From Candidatus Aenigmatarchaeota archaeon (GTDB lineage Archaea > Aenigmatarchaeota > Aenigmatarchaeia > Aenigmatarchaeales > Aenigmatarchaeaceae), in contig JBDRJK010000001.1 in the NCBI GenBank assembly GCA_043814985.1, positions 28,083 through 92,082 on the forward strand: DNA of 64,000 nucleotides. Direction: 5' to 3'. Under the pieces are notes generated by a model, which saw only the letters and a list, made by a program, of their open reading frames with translations, was not told the origin of the DNA and did no database searches. This document shows positions 1-10,140 of the stretch, piece by piece. Every line of letters starts with the position of its first letter. The stretch's first letter is position 1. The position numbers were made by a program, and so were the translations under genes.

Positions 1-1
1 C

Positions 2-871
2 AAAAGTTTCCTAGAACAAAACGACTATGCCACTTGTGAGTATAAAGGGTGTTTTGACATAGCAGCACAAAGAAACGTGTTATTATTATTGAAGACCCTG
101 ATGAATGTTGATTCTTTCCAGGAAGAGCAGGCAAAGAACCTAAAAATAATATCAAACAACCTTGACGCGCACCCAATGTTAGTAGGAATCCATACAAGAA
201 GGGAGAAACTGAAGTCCGGCATTGTCTACGAGAGGTATGATTTACCTACTGTTTCTCTGAAGACCTTCGAGGACTTGATTTGCAACTCAATATACCCGAA
301 AATATACAGAGACAGGGGGGGCTTGTATGTGGAGATCGACTCGGACGTTCTAAAGGACTCCAGAAAGAGGAAAGGTTTAACACAAAGGGAGCTGGCAGAG
401 GCTGTTGGAATAAACAAGAAAGTCATCTACGAGCATGAGAAGAAGCAAATAAGGATGATGCTGGCAATTGCTGAGAGGTTGGAGCAGATACTCAATAAAA
501 AAATCATAAAGCCGACAGAAGTTTTCAAGAGGTACGAGGAGCACGGCTACCCTAAGGACAGATTGGAAAGCGTAATTGGAAAGAATCTTGAAAAAATAGG
601 TTTCAAAACAGACTTTGTGAAACAGTCTCCCTTTGATGTGTTTGCCAAGGAGAAGGCACTGATCATCTCTGACATTGAACTCAACAGAAGGAAGATGATA
701 AAGCACGCGGCAGACCTGAAAGACTTCATTAAAGTTGTCAAAAAGCCTGCTGTGCTCATAACCCAAGATTTCAAGGAAGATGAGATACACGGCATTCCTG
801 TAATCAAGAAAAAGGAACTGGAAGAAATTGACAAAAGAGAGCTGATAAAGAAGGCCAAGAAGGCAATCTAA
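2..871 (+). CDS. Archaeal Cro/C1-type HTH transcriptional regulator (COG1395-like), 5'-partial
   Basis: The frame of the 77..871 ORF is open back to position 2 (KSFLEQNDYATCEYKGCFDIAAQRNVLLLLKTLMNVDS), so the true start lies upstream of the window. Central HTH segment RKRKGLTQRELAEAVGINKKVIYEHE. Confidence 0.85.
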   Translation, partial: KSFLEQNDYATCEYKGCFDIAAQRNVLLLLKTLMNVDSFQEEQAKNLKIISNNLDAHPMLVGIHTRREKLKSGIVYERYDLPTVSLKTFEDLICNSIYPKIYRDRGGLYVEIDSDVLKDSRKRKGLTQRELAEAVGINKKVIYEHEKKQIRMMLAIAERLEQILNKKIIKPTEVFKRYEEHGYPKDRLESVIGKNLEKIGFKTDFVKQSPFDVFAKEKALIISDIELNRRKMIKHAADLKDFIKVVKKPAVLITQDFKEDEIHGIPVIKKKELEEIDKRELIKKAKKAI

Positions 872-1095
872 ATCTTGTATCTTTCCCTTAGCTTGTCTAT
901 GACAGGCGTGTAGCCCTTCTTTCTAAGCATTATGAAAATTATTATTACAAGGGAAATTGTTATTAAAAACACGGATGCCTCGAGACTGATGGGCGATGGC
1001 ATTATAAAATGCCCTGTATGGAAGGGCTCTATGTTGACCAGTGTAAAAAACAGTACAATAATGAATAACGCGACAATCAGATTTTCCATTCTCAT
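868..1095 (-). CDS. Small hypothetical membrane protein (2 hydrophobic segments)
   Basis: 75-aa ORF with two long hydrophobic stretches and a basic C-terminus; fills the gap between neighbouring genes. Confidence 0.6.
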   Translation of the reverse strand: MRMENLIVALFIIVLFFTLVNIEPFHTGHFIMPSPISLEASVFLITISLVIIIFIMLRKKGYTPVIDKLRERYKI

Positions 1096-1155
1096 AACAA
1101 TAATAGAAGCGTAAATCTTATTAAGGCATCTAACAAATATTGATTTGGTGTTTAT

Positions 1156-1380
1156 ATGGTAGAATGGATAAAAAACCTTACAATAACCTTTGTGACTACT
1201 GTTCTTGTAATTACACTGAGCATAGTTTATTTCGGGTTATTGCTTTGGATAGTTAAGATGTCAAGCGATGCATTCTTCGGACCAGGTCTAGATGCAAACT
1301 GGGCTGTTTTCGCAGCTGCAATAATGTCAGCAGGCACAGTATTAGCAGGCGCCTTGGAAAAGAAACCTTCTAAGAAATAG
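1156..1380 (+). CDS. Small hypothetical membrane protein (2 TM)
   Basis: 74 aa with two TM-like segments; GGTG-type RBS (ttggtgtttatATG). Confidence 0.7.
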   Translation: MVEWIKNLTITFVTTVLVITLSIVYFGLLLWIVKMSSDAFFGPGLDANWAVFAAAIMSAGTVLAGALEKKPSKK

Positions 1381-1443
1381 GCTTTCCTTTTTTTCTTTGA
1401 TTAATTTTATTAACAGTAAATCAGTATTCTTATAAGTGAGAGC

Positions 1444-2274
1444 ATGGCAATAACAGACATCATAACACCACTGAACGTAGTAGAAGCTGTAATAGTCATT
1501 GTTTCAGCTTATTTGCTCTCAAGTCTATTCAAGAGGATGCTGATTAAACCTTTGGAGAAGAGGGGTGAGAAAAGAAGCGTCATCATACCAATGAAAAGGG
1601 CAATATCCTTAGTAATATACCTGATTGCGTTTGTCTTGATTCTCTATATTTTCGAGATTGACATAACCGCAGCTGTCGCTGGTCTTGGAGTTGGAGCAAT
1701 AGTCATAGGCTTCGGCCTGCAGGACATAATAACGAACTGGATATCAGGCATAATAATAACCACGGGAAATATCTACAAGATTGATGATGTCATCAGAATA
1801 GGCGACATAACCGGTGTCGTGAAGGACATAAGACTCAGGTCTACCATACTCACGACATATGACAGGAACGATGTCATAATCCCGAATTCCATGATTGTAA
1901 AGGAAAAGGTCATAAACCTGACTGGAGGGAAGAGAGAGTCTGTGTCCTCGATCAACTTCTCCATAGACTATACCTCTGACACTGAAAAGGCCAAAAAGGT
2001 CATAGAAGCCATTCTAAGGAAAAATGAAAACGTGATAGTCGATGAAAAGAGGAGAAGAGAGATAAGGTTCATCATAAGAAGCAAAGAATGGACTACTGAA
2101 ATAGAGACTCTCTTCTGGATAAACGAGCCCAAAAAAGAGGAATTCATCAAGTCGAGAATCACAGAAGCTATCAAAAAGAGCTTTGAAAAGGAAAACATAC
2201 TGCCACCTGTTCCAGGATTCTTGAGAAAGGACTATCTGGACTCTAAAATCAAGCATGGAAGACGCAAAAGATAA
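1444..2274 (+). CDS. mscS: Small-conductance mechanosensitive channel (MscS family)
   Basis: TM3 signature AGLGVGAIVIGFGLQDIITNWISG, followed by IDDVIRIGDITGVVKDIRLRSTILTTYDRNDVIIPNS. Confidence 0.92.
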   Translation: MAITDIITPLNVVEAVIVIVSAYLLSSLFKRMLIKPLEKRGEKRSVIIPMKRAISLVIYLIAFVLILYIFEIDITAAVAGLGVGAIVIGFGLQDIITNWISGIIITTGNIYKIDDVIRIGDITGVVKDIRLRSTILTTYDRNDVIIPNSMIVKEKVINLTGGKRESVSSINFSIDYTSDTEKAKKVIEAILRKNENVIVDEKRRREIRFIIRSKEWTTEIETLFWINEPKKEEFIKSRITEAIKKSFEKENILPPVPGFLRKDYLDSKIKHGRRKR

Positions 2275-2282
2275 TCTACTAA

Positions 2283-3065
2283 TCATACAAACTTTGCATA
2301 TTTCCTAATATCTGCTGGAGACGACACAACCTCGCTGATTTTCGAACCAGGTATTTCCAGATAATGAGGCCTGCCGCCATACACGTTAGTAGAAGATATC
2401 GTGACTACCCTTTTCTGAGTAATATGGGGCCCTTCACTTGCTAACCTAGGTTGATGGCTTCTTATCAATAGATTGGCTCCAACATTTTTTAACACTGTTT
2501 CAGTTATGTCTTCACCAAACTCTACTCCAGCCCCTCTCCTGTTATATCGTTCTCCCAACGAATTAGATGGATCGCTCCACAAGATGTCTTCCTCAGACCA
2601 TGAGGGATTTCTCAAATTATCCAGACTTCTTATTCTTGAACTTATACCGCCATGAACAAGCATAATCTCTTGGTCAGCTATCGCAGCCAAACCTAAACCA
2701 TCAAAGAAAGGCTTCAAATGTTCTGAGAAATAAGGCAACCAATAACCGCGTTTATTTTTAACTTCTTTAATCAAATCACATGGATTGAATTTCGGCTCAC
2801 CGCGATGGTCATAATCTTCATGGTTTCCCTTGAGAATGACTACATTTTCCCTGTCTTTCAGCTCAACCAACTTCTCATTTATCTCAACACCGTTTTTACC
2901 ACGGTCAGCATAATCCCCGAGAAACACAATATAGTTGTTTTCCATGCCATCCCAGCTGCCTAGAATCTTTTCGAAGGAATCCAAGTCACCGTGCAGGTCA
3001 CCAACCACAGTCAAGCTTTCTGGATTCTCAATTTTGACCAGCTTTCCTTCCGTATTTCTGACCAT
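2283..3065 (-). CDS. PPP-family Ser/Thr protein phosphatase (metallophosphoesterase)
   Basis: Motifs GDLHG, GDYADRG, GNHE, HGG, LWSDP and IRSHQ; likely start is the ATG at 3065 (MVRNTEG). Confidence 0.9.
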   Translation of the reverse strand: MVRNTEGKLVKIENPESLTVVGDLHGDLDSFEKILGSWDGMENNYIVFLGDYADRGKNGVEINEKLVELKDRENVVILKGNHEDYDHRGEPKFNPCDLIKEVKNKRGYWLPYFSEHLKPFFDGLGLAAIADQEIMLVHGGISSRIRSLDNLRNPSWSEEDILWSDPSNSLGERYNRRGAGVEFGEDITETVLKNVGANLLIRSHQPRLASEGPHITQKRVVTISSTNVYGGRPHYLEIPGSKISEVVSSPADIRKYAKFV

Positions 3066-3124
3066 AATATTAATTTGGATATAAATTTTAAATAGCCTCA
3101 AAACAGTATAATTTCGGTGTTTTA

Positions 3125-3409
3125 ATGGGTTTAATAAAAGATTTTATGGATTTCGTGAAAAAGCAGAACATTGTATCAGTTGCACTAGGTTTAATTATAG
3201 GTTTTGCAGCCAAGACATTGATAGACGCTTTGGTAGCAGATCTGATAAGTCCCCTGTACACACCGTATCTGGGGCTTGGAGCTGATGCTGCAATAACAGT
3301 AGGCATGTCAGTATTCAAGATAGGCCACTTCATAGAAGCATTGATCAGTTTTCTGGTGATTCTGCTTGTAGCATTCATTATTGGAAAGAGTATGAACAAG
3401 AAAGCGTGA
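3125..3409 (+). CDS. mscL: Large-conductance mechanosensitive channel (MscL, short form)
   Basis: N-terminal FMDFVKKQNIVSVALGLIIG...ALVADLISP and second TM IGHFIEALISFLVI match the MscL pattern. Confidence 0.85.
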   Translation: MGLIKDFMDFVKKQNIVSVALGLIIGFAAKTLIDALVADLISPLYTPYLGLGADAAITVGMSVFKIGHFIEALISFLVILLVAFIIGKSMNKKA

Positions 3410-3510
3410 ATAAGCTCATACTCACCCCTTTTCTTCTTTTTGATTAGATTTAAATAATTTGGAGATATACTTACATACACATATTTTTGTAATAAAAACG
3501 AGGTGATAAA

Positions 3511-5166
3511 ATGAGTAACGGACAAACACAAATGGGAATGGGAGGACAGCCAATACTAGTGCTACCTGAAGGAACCCTAAGAACCTTGGGAAAGGGTGCC
3601 CAGTACACTAACATAGCAGCTGCAAAAGCTGTGGCAGACGCTGTAAGAACTACACTAGGCCCTAAGGGCATGGACAAGATGCTTGTGGACAACATGGGAG
3701 ACATTGTTATAACCAATGACGGTGTCACAATTCTAGAGGAAATGCAAATAGAGCATCCATCTGCAAAAATGCTTGTTGAGGTTGCAAAGACGCAGAACGA
3801 GGAAGTCGGAGACGGCACAACAACAGCAGCTGTTTTAGCAGGTGAATTACTGAAAAAGGCAGAAGACCTTTTGGACCAGAACATACATCCAACTGTTATA
3901 ACAAAGGGCTACAAGCTTGCCAGGGAAAAGGCATTAAAAATTTTAGACAGTATTTCTGAAAAAATAACGCCCGAAGATGTCAGAGACCTGGAAAAGATAG
4001 CAGTTACTGCAATGACAGGAAAGAGCGCTGAAATGGCTTCAGAGCACTTGGCAAAGCTGAGTGTTGAGGCTGTAATAACTGTCTTAGAGAAGATTGACAG
4101 CAAGATAGAGATTGACAAGGATGATATAAAGCTCAATAAAAAACATGGAGGATCAGCAGATGACACGGAACTGATAAAGGGAGTGATAATTGACAAGGAA
4201 GTCGTGCATCCAGGAATGCCTAAAAGAGTGAAATATGCAAAAATCGCCTTGGTGGACGCTGCTTTGGAAATAGAGAAGACTGAGACAGACGCCCAAATAC
4301 AGATAACATCCCCTGAACAGTTGCAAACCTTCCTAGAACAGGAGGAAAAAATCTTGAAGAACATGGTTGAGAACATTGCCTCTTCTGACTGCAATGTGTT
4401 ATTTTGCCAGAAGGGAATAGACGATGTGGCACAGCACTACCTTTCTAAGAAAGGTATTTTAACAGCCAGAAGAGTTAAGAAGTCAGACATGGAAAAGCTT
4501 GCAAGAGCAACTGGCGGAAGAATAGTCTCAAACCTATCTGACATCTCTGTCAAGGATCTGGGAAGCGCTGGACTTGTTGAGGAAAGGAAAATTTCAGGAG
4601 AGGAAATGATCTTTGTAAGGGACTGTAAGAACCCGAAATCAGTATCAATACTGATCAGGGGCGGGACAGAACATGTTGTCGACGAGGTCGAGAGGGCAAT
4701 GGAAGATGCCTTAGGAGCAATCGTGTCTGCTTTGGAAGTCGGCAAAGTAGTTGCAGGCGGAGGAGCTCCTGAAGAGGCTGTGGCAAAGGGTTTGAAGGAA
4801 TTTTCACAAAGTTATTCAGGAAGAGAGCAATTGGCCATATTAGCATTTGCAGAAGCAATGGAAGTAATTCCCAGGACTCTAGCAGAAAACGCAGGTTTAG
4901 ACCCAATAGACATATTAGTGGAATTAAGGTCTGCACACGATCAGGGCAAGAAGACCTACGGCGTGAATGTCTACACAGGAAAGATAGTAGACATGAAGGC
5001 ATTGGGTGTCATCGAGCCTTTGAAAATAAAGACGCAGGCAATAAAATCTGCTGCAGAAGCTGCTGAGATGATATTGAGAATCGACGATATCATATCTGCC
5101 GGAAAGTTGAGCAAAGGTGGAATGCCGCCAATGCCATCAGGAATGCCTGAAATGGGTGGCTACTAG
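3511..5166 (+). CDS. ths: Thermosome subunit (group II chaperonin)
   Basis: [19 protein letters not shown] and GDGTTT motifs; GGM-rich C-terminal tail; GAGGTG RBS. Confidence 0.98.
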   Translation: MSNGQTQMGMGGQPILVLPEGTLRTLGKGAQYTNIAAAKAVADAVRTTLGPKGMDKMLVDNMGDIVITNDGVTILEEMQIEHPSAKMLVEVAKTQNEEVGDGTTTAAVLAGELLKKAEDLLDQNIHPTVITKGYKLAREKALKILDSISEKITPEDVRDLEKIAVTAMTGKSAEMASEHLAKLSVEAVITVLEKIDSKIEIDKDDIKLNKKHGGSADDTELIKGVIIDKEVVHPGMPKRVKYAKIALVDAALEIEKTETDAQIQITSPEQLQTFLEQEEKILKNMVENIASSDCNVLFCQKGIDDVAQHYLSKKGILTARRVKKSDMEKLARATGGRIVSNLSDISVKDLGSAGLVEERKISGEEMIFVRDCKNPKSVSILIRGGTEHVVDEVERAMEDALGAIVSALEVGKVVAGGGAPEEAVAKGLKEFSQSYSGREQLAILAFAEAMEVIPRTLAENAGLDPIDILVELRSAHDQGKKTYGVNVYTGKIVDMKALGVIEPLKIKTQAIKSAAEAAEMILRIDDIISAGKLSKGGMPPMPSGMPEMGGY

Positions 5167-5175
5167 CCCCCTCCA

Positions 5176-5190
5176 TTTTTTTCTTTTTCT
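5176..5190 (+). terminator. Oligo-T archaeal terminator after thermosome
   Basis: tttttttctttttct immediately after the stop codon. Confidence 0.55.
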
Positions 5191-5228
5191 TAAGAAGATT
5201 TATATATCGGTTTTATAAAATTATACTT

Positions 5229-5717
5229 ATGCCAGACAATTATGAAAACGATTATGAGATTATACCTGTCACCCCCTTGAAAAAGATGGAAAAAAGATTG
5301 GACAAGCTAGAGGGTGCAGGAACTGTTCCTCAACTACAATCTTTGATAAACCAGATAATAGAGCTAATAAGAAGCAATCAAAAAATAGTGAACGATGTCA
5401 TACAGGCAAACGTCGAACTGAAAAACGAGATGGCAAAGCTGCCTTCAAAGATAGACGAGATGACAACAGAATTGAAAAACTTCATCTCTTTGGTCGAGGC
5501 TGCTGGCAAAGAAGAGTTTTCAGGCCCTAGTCCTGAGATAATGAAGCCTGTGACAAGCGAATTGAAGAAAATGGTCGAGCAGAACCAGAGAATAATGGAA
5601 AGCAACCAGGCCATGCTTGACAAGCTGGATGTTCTCGGGAAAAAGGCCAGGAGAGGCACTCCTGTTTCAGAGCTTTTGACATCCTACCCCAGCGTTAGGT
5701 TTAGGAGAGAAAGATAA
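5229..5717 (+). CDS. Hypothetical coiled-coil protein heading the pilus locus
   Basis: 162 aa with a heptad-like helical composition; 1-nt gap to the next gene. Confidence 0.75.
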   Translation: MPDNYENDYEIIPVTPLKKMEKRLDKLEGAGTVPQLQSLINQIIELIRSNQKIVNDVIQANVELKNEMAKLPSKIDEMTTELKNFISLVEAAGKEEFSGPSPEIMKPVTSELKKMVEQNQRIMESNQAMLDKLDVLGKKARRGTPVSELLTSYPSVRFRRER

Positions 5718-5718
5718 A

Positions 5719-5943
5719 ATGTTATTCAGAAACGTTGTAAAGGTAATAGCAGTTTTGGTGGAAATAATACTGGCCCTAGTTATTTTAGTGGTGTTCACAG
5801 CATTTGCATTGCAACCAACGGAACTTTTAATATTCACAAATGCTCTAATACTGGTAATGATAATGGTACAGTTGTATACTGTAAACACACTAACAGATTT
5901 ATATGAGGAAATAGATAAAATAAAGGTGGTGAAAAAGAAATGA
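5719..5943 (+). CDS. Small 2-TM membrane protein
   Basis: Two hydrophobic segments; its end overlaps the pilin start codon (ATGA overlap). Confidence 0.7.
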   Translation: MLFRNVVKVIAVLVEIILALVILVVFTAFALQPTELLIFTNALILVMIMVQLYTVNTLTDLYEEIDKIKVVKKK

Positions 5944-6377
5944 AAGGCGTTAGCGCGGTAATAGCAATAATTTTGATTTTGATGATAGTTGTTGCTCTAG
6001 CTGCTTTGGCTTACACGTGGTTCACAGGCATATTCAGTGACTTGACAGCAAGCGCAGGTGAAAGTATAACTCAATCAACATCGCAGATGTCACTGAGTTT
6101 TAGCTTAGAATCAGTAACATGTGGTACTGCTGGTTGTCCATCAGGTAGCACATTGACAGTGGTGATTAGAAACACGGGAACTGGAGACATTGTGGCGGAT
6201 TCTGTAGGTGTATACTTGGATGAATTCTTCCAAAGCACAACATGCGGATCAGGTGTAGATGTAGATTCATTGGCATCATGCACAGTCACTACGAACAGGA
6301 TTGGAAATTGTGGTACCAGTGTAGTGAAAGCAACAATCGGAAGCGGCATAGTAGGAACAAAGACACTTGCATGCTAG
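5940..6377 (+). CDS. Archaeal type IV pilin (class III signal peptide)
   Basis: MKG|VSAVIAIILILMIVVALAALAYTWF signal and hydrophobic helix, then a Ser/Thr/Cys-rich globular domain. Confidence 0.9.
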   Translation: MKGVSAVIAIILILMIVVALAALAYTWFTGIFSDLTASAGESITQSTSQMSLSFSLESVTCGTAGCPSGSTLTVVIRNTGTGDIVADSVGVYLDEFFQSTTCGSGVDVDSLASCTVTTNRIGNCGTSVVKATIGSGIVGTKTLAC

Positions 6378-6411
6378 TTGTACTGGAAAACAAAGCAGAT
6401 TAATAACTATC

Positions 6412-6480
6412 ATGAAGACACAGATAGACTCAGTTATTTTTTATTCTTTTTATTTAATTATTCTTATTTTTTCAATTTAA
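6412..6480 (+). pseudogene. 22-aa pilin-N-terminus-like remnant (MKTQIDSVIFYSFYLIILIFSI)
   Basis: Read by hand. Resembles the start of the next pilin (MKGQSEAIVFILLFIVSIF), and its upstream sequence (ataactatcATG) resembles ataactattATG before 6536. Confidence 0.3.
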
Positions 6481-6535
6481 ATATCAGAATGTATTTTTTG
6501 CAATTTATTTAAACAAAATAACTTAGATAACTATT

Positions 6536-7036
6536 ATGAAAGGGCAGTCTGAGGCAATAGTTTTCATTCTTTTATTTATTGTCAGCATTTTTCTTTTTAC
6601 ATTCGCAGCCCAATGGAGCAGAAATATTTTCCAGGAGAACATGGATTTTTCAAGGCTCGAGGCCTCGGAAAGGTTCATGAAGGAACTGGACAACGACATC
6701 TCGAACATCATAAGATTCGGGGGCCTGAGGGAAATAGAGTTCAACCTTGATGGAACAGTAGAGCTGGTTGATAGCAGGACAATAGGGATAAGGGTTCCAA
6801 GTTCCCTAGATATCCAAAATAACTGGGTCAACATATCTGAAGGCGCTTCCTTTATACGGGAAAGGAAGGAGGGGGAAACCATTGTCCTTCACCTGATTTA
6901 TCCTCAAAGCGACTACAGGGTAGAGTTCTTCACTGACGGTTCTAGATTGTCCCAGCCATCATATGTGAAACTGGAAAAAAACGACACTTTTTTCGATACA
7001 ACGACTGTCATTAGAATAAAAATAAGCTTTGTGTAA
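6536..7036 (+). CDS. Minor pilin-like protein (class III signal)
   Basis: MKG|QSEAIVFILLFIVSIFLF N-terminus. Confidence 0.8.
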   Translation: MKGQSEAIVFILLFIVSIFLFTFAAQWSRNIFQENMDFSRLEASERFMKELDNDISNIIRFGGLREIEFNLDGTVELVDSRTIGIRVPSSLDIQNNWVNISEGASFIRERKEGETIVLHLIYPQSDYRVEFFTDGSRLSQPSYVKLEKNDTFFDTTTVIRIKISFV

Positions 7037-7044
7037 TTATTCTT

Positions 7045-7467
7045 ATGAAAGGGCAGTATCTAACAATAGAATATCTTCTTTTCTTCACAATCGGAGTAAT
7101 CATGATAGTCTCAGTGTACTATATTTTTTCAGGCCTCAACCAGCAGTATGAAAAGGCCACCACAGAATACCAGCTCCAGATGACAGGCCAGATGATAATG
7201 GGAAGTGTGATAAATGTGTTCGAGGCATCAAATTCAACGAACAGCCAAGTGATATATAATCTTACAATACCGACCAAACTATCCAATTGCATCTATTCCA
7301 TAAGGGAACTTAACGGCTTCCTGCTATTGGAATGTGTGGAAATAAGAGGCATGAATGCCAATTTAACACTATACAATTTCAATATTAAAATAAAAAATAA
7401 TATAATATACAGCACAAATGGTTTACTGGAAATATATGCCAATGGCGGGGAGATTGATATAAAATGA
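7045..7467 (+). CDS. Minor pilin-like protein (class III signal)
   Basis: MKG|QYLTIEYLLFFTIGVIMI, with the Q+1/E motif typical of DUF361/DUF515-type pilins. Confidence 0.8.
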   Translation: MKGQYLTIEYLLFFTIGVIMIVSVYYIFSGLNQQYEKATTEYQLQMTGQMIMGSVINVFEASNSTNSQVIYNLTIPTKLSNCIYSIRELNGFLLLECVEIRGMNANLTLYNFNIKIKNNIIYSTNGLLEIYANGGEIDIK

Positions 7468-9252
7468 AAATTGTTTTGAGGAGACCACCAAAAAAAGTAA
7501 ATCTATACAAAGTTTTCCACAAAGCTGTCGATGGATACAAAAACCTGCAAAAAAGGGCCATGGAAAACATGCCGCATGTTCAATTATTGTCCTCAATGAT
7601 AGGCGAGCCTCCCCAACCAGGAGCATATGGTCCAATGCCTGGTCTAAAACCTCATATTGGCCTAGGGAAGACGGCAGTTGAAAAAATTGCTGAGGAGGAA
7701 AAGGAAAGCGATATAATAAAAAAGAAGACTCCTTTGGCGTTCAATGAGCCTGAAGTTAATCTAAAGTCTATAAATATTGTTTACACTTTGATACAGTCTG
7801 AAGAGAGGGTACCACTTGCCAGCGCCAACATAAAATGGAGCCGTACGGAAAACTCTCTGATATACTACCTAATCGAACCTGTCCTGAACGACAGTGAAAA
7901 GAATTTACTGAAAAGAATAAAAACCGCAATAATGGAAAAACTTGACATTGACTTCACATCAATGAGAAAGGGTGAGGCAAGAACTTACCTGAAAAAGAGG
8001 TTCGAGGAAACCATAGACCTTATGACAGCAGAGCTGCCAGTTGAAAAAAGAAAGCAATTTCTCTACTATGTCGAGAGGGACTTTGTCGGTATGGATAAGA
8101 TAGAACCCATGATGCAGGACCCCAACATAGAGGATATTTCCTGCGACGGTATTGGAATTCCGCTTTTTGTATTTCATAGGAACCCTGTATTAGGAAGCAT
8201 ACAGACAAACGTGAAGTTTGAAAGCAAGGAAGAGCTTGACACATTTGTCAGCAAGGTTGCACAAAGATGTGGAAAGAATATTTCAATTGCTGTTCCTCTC
8301 ATTGGAGGCAGCTTGCCTGACGGTTCCAGAGTTCAGGCAACATTGGGAACAGACATAGCCAGAAGAGGAAGCAACTTTACAATAAGAAAGTTCACAAAAA
8401 GGCCTCTGACTCCTATTCAGTTGATAAATTTCAAGACAATCGACCCGAAGATTGCCGCGTTCCTGTGGCTGTCGATCGAGTACGGAAGGTCTATCTTAAT
8501 GAGTGGCGGTGTTGCATCAGGAAAAAACCACTCTACTCAATGCACTGTCACTTTTCATAAGGCCTGAACTTAAGATTGTTTCAATAGAAGACACTGCCGA
8601 ACTTAAACTGCCACACCCACACTGGGTTCCAGGCGTTGCCAGAACAGCAATAACCCAAATAGAGGGGAAGAAGATAGGTGAAGTGGACTTATTCGACTTG
8701 TTGAGAGAGTCATTGAGACAGAGACCTGACTACCTGATTGTAGGAGAGGTTAGGGGCAGGGAAGCGTATGTACTGTTCCAGCAAATAGCAACAGGGCACT
8801 CGAGCATGTCAACCATACACGCTGACTCTATGGAGAGGCTTATGGACAGGCTGACAACACCACCAATTAACCTGCCTGCAACCTTGATTGCAGCTTTGGA
8901 CATTGTGATATTTATTGTGAAAATGAAGTACGGACAAACCTATGTAAGAAGGATCAAAAGTATATACGAAGTCACTGGTTTTGATAGGGACAAAAACTTC
9001 CCTCTTGTCAATGAAGTATACAAATGGAATTCTTTAACAGACAAGTACGATCAAATAAACCCTTCAACTGTTCTAAAAAAAATAACTGAACAATACGGCA
9101 TTCCGCAAGAAAAACTAAAAACTGAGATCAAAAACAGGGCGGCAGTAATAAACTGGATGATAGAAAGCAGAATTGAGGACTACGTGGATGTTGCAAAAAT
9201 AATTAAGCTTTACTACGTCAGGGCGCAGGACCTATTAGATGCAATTGGATGA
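7464..9252 (+). CDS. Type IV pilus/T2SS assembly ATPase (VirB11/CpaF/ArlI family), split by a +1 frameshift in Walker A
   Basis: ORFs 7464..8567 and 8503..9252 join to give SGGVASGKTTLLNAL if one A is removed from the A6 run at 8522-8527. Downstream motifs SIEDTAE, LRQRPDYLIVGEVRG and TIHA are intact. Confidence 0.9.
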
Positions 9253-9257
9253 TTTGA

Positions 9258-10136
9258 ATGGATTTGTGGAAAACCCTTAAACCATTGTCATTCAAGTTCT
9301 TTGGAAGAAGTCTAGAGCCCTTTATAGGTTATTTCGATAGCATAAAGCCAGACTTGCAAAGAGCCAACATAGGTCTCAGCCTGCAGGAATACATCTACAT
9401 AATATTTTTTGTGATGCTTGGAACCTTCATCATAGAATTCCCCTTCGTAGTCATAATAACATCCCTACTGCTTGGGGATGCCATCAGTGCATTCCTATTA
9501 TCTTTTACCTTGACTGTCCTGATTATGATTGTCCAGTTCTTTATATTCTACACTTATCCGAGCATGTCTGCCGGAAGGAGAAGAAAGAGCATAGAAGCTT
9601 CATTGTCTTTCGCAACAACGTACATGGCAACAATAGCAAGCTCTGGAGCGCCGCCAATAACCATGTTCAAGGTTCTTGCTGACTTCGAAGATTATGGGGA
9701 GATGTCAAAGGAGGCGGGAAAAATCTACACGGACGTGGAAGCCTTTGGAATGGAGCTTGTTGCAGCCATAAGAAAAACTGCAAGGAGAACACCCTCAGAA
9801 GAACTAAAGGAGCTTTTGTGGGGTCTTGACACTATTCTAACAAGCGGCGGTAATGTAAGCGACTTTCTTCATGAGAAGTCCAGACTTTTCATAGCAGAGT
9901 ACAGGAGAAAACTGGAAAAGTATTCCAGAACCCTGTCAATGCTCATAGAAGTTTACCTGACTGTTGTACTGATTGGTTCAATATTCTTCATAATCATGAC
10001 AGCTTTGATGTCAATAATAGGAGGCGGTTCAAATCTACTCATGATATTCCTCCAGTTCCTAGTTGTTTTTGTTGTTCTGCCGTTTGTCTCAATAGGTTTC
10101 ATACTGCTAGTGAAATCAATATCGCCAACCATGTGA
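9258..10136 (+). CDS. Type II secretion system F-family membrane platform protein (TadC/ArlJ-like)
   Basis: Multi-TM protein with the MATIASSGAP...TPSEELKELL pattern; follows the ATPase. Confidence 0.9.
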   Translation: MDLWKTLKPLSFKFFGRSLEPFIGYFDSIKPDLQRANIGLSLQEYIYIIFFVMLGTFIIEFPFVVIITSLLLGDAISAFLLSFTLTVLIMIVQFFIFYTYPSMSAGRRRKSIEASLSFATTYMATIASSGAPPITMFKVLADFEDYGEMSKEAGKIYTDVEAFGMELVAAIRKTARRTPSEELKELLWGLDTILTSGGNVSDFLHEKSRLFIAEYRRKLEKYSRTLSMLIEVYLTVVLIGSIFFIIMTALMSIIGGGSNLLMIFLQFLVVFVVLPFVSIGFILLVKSISPTM

Positions 10137-10140
10137 TAAA

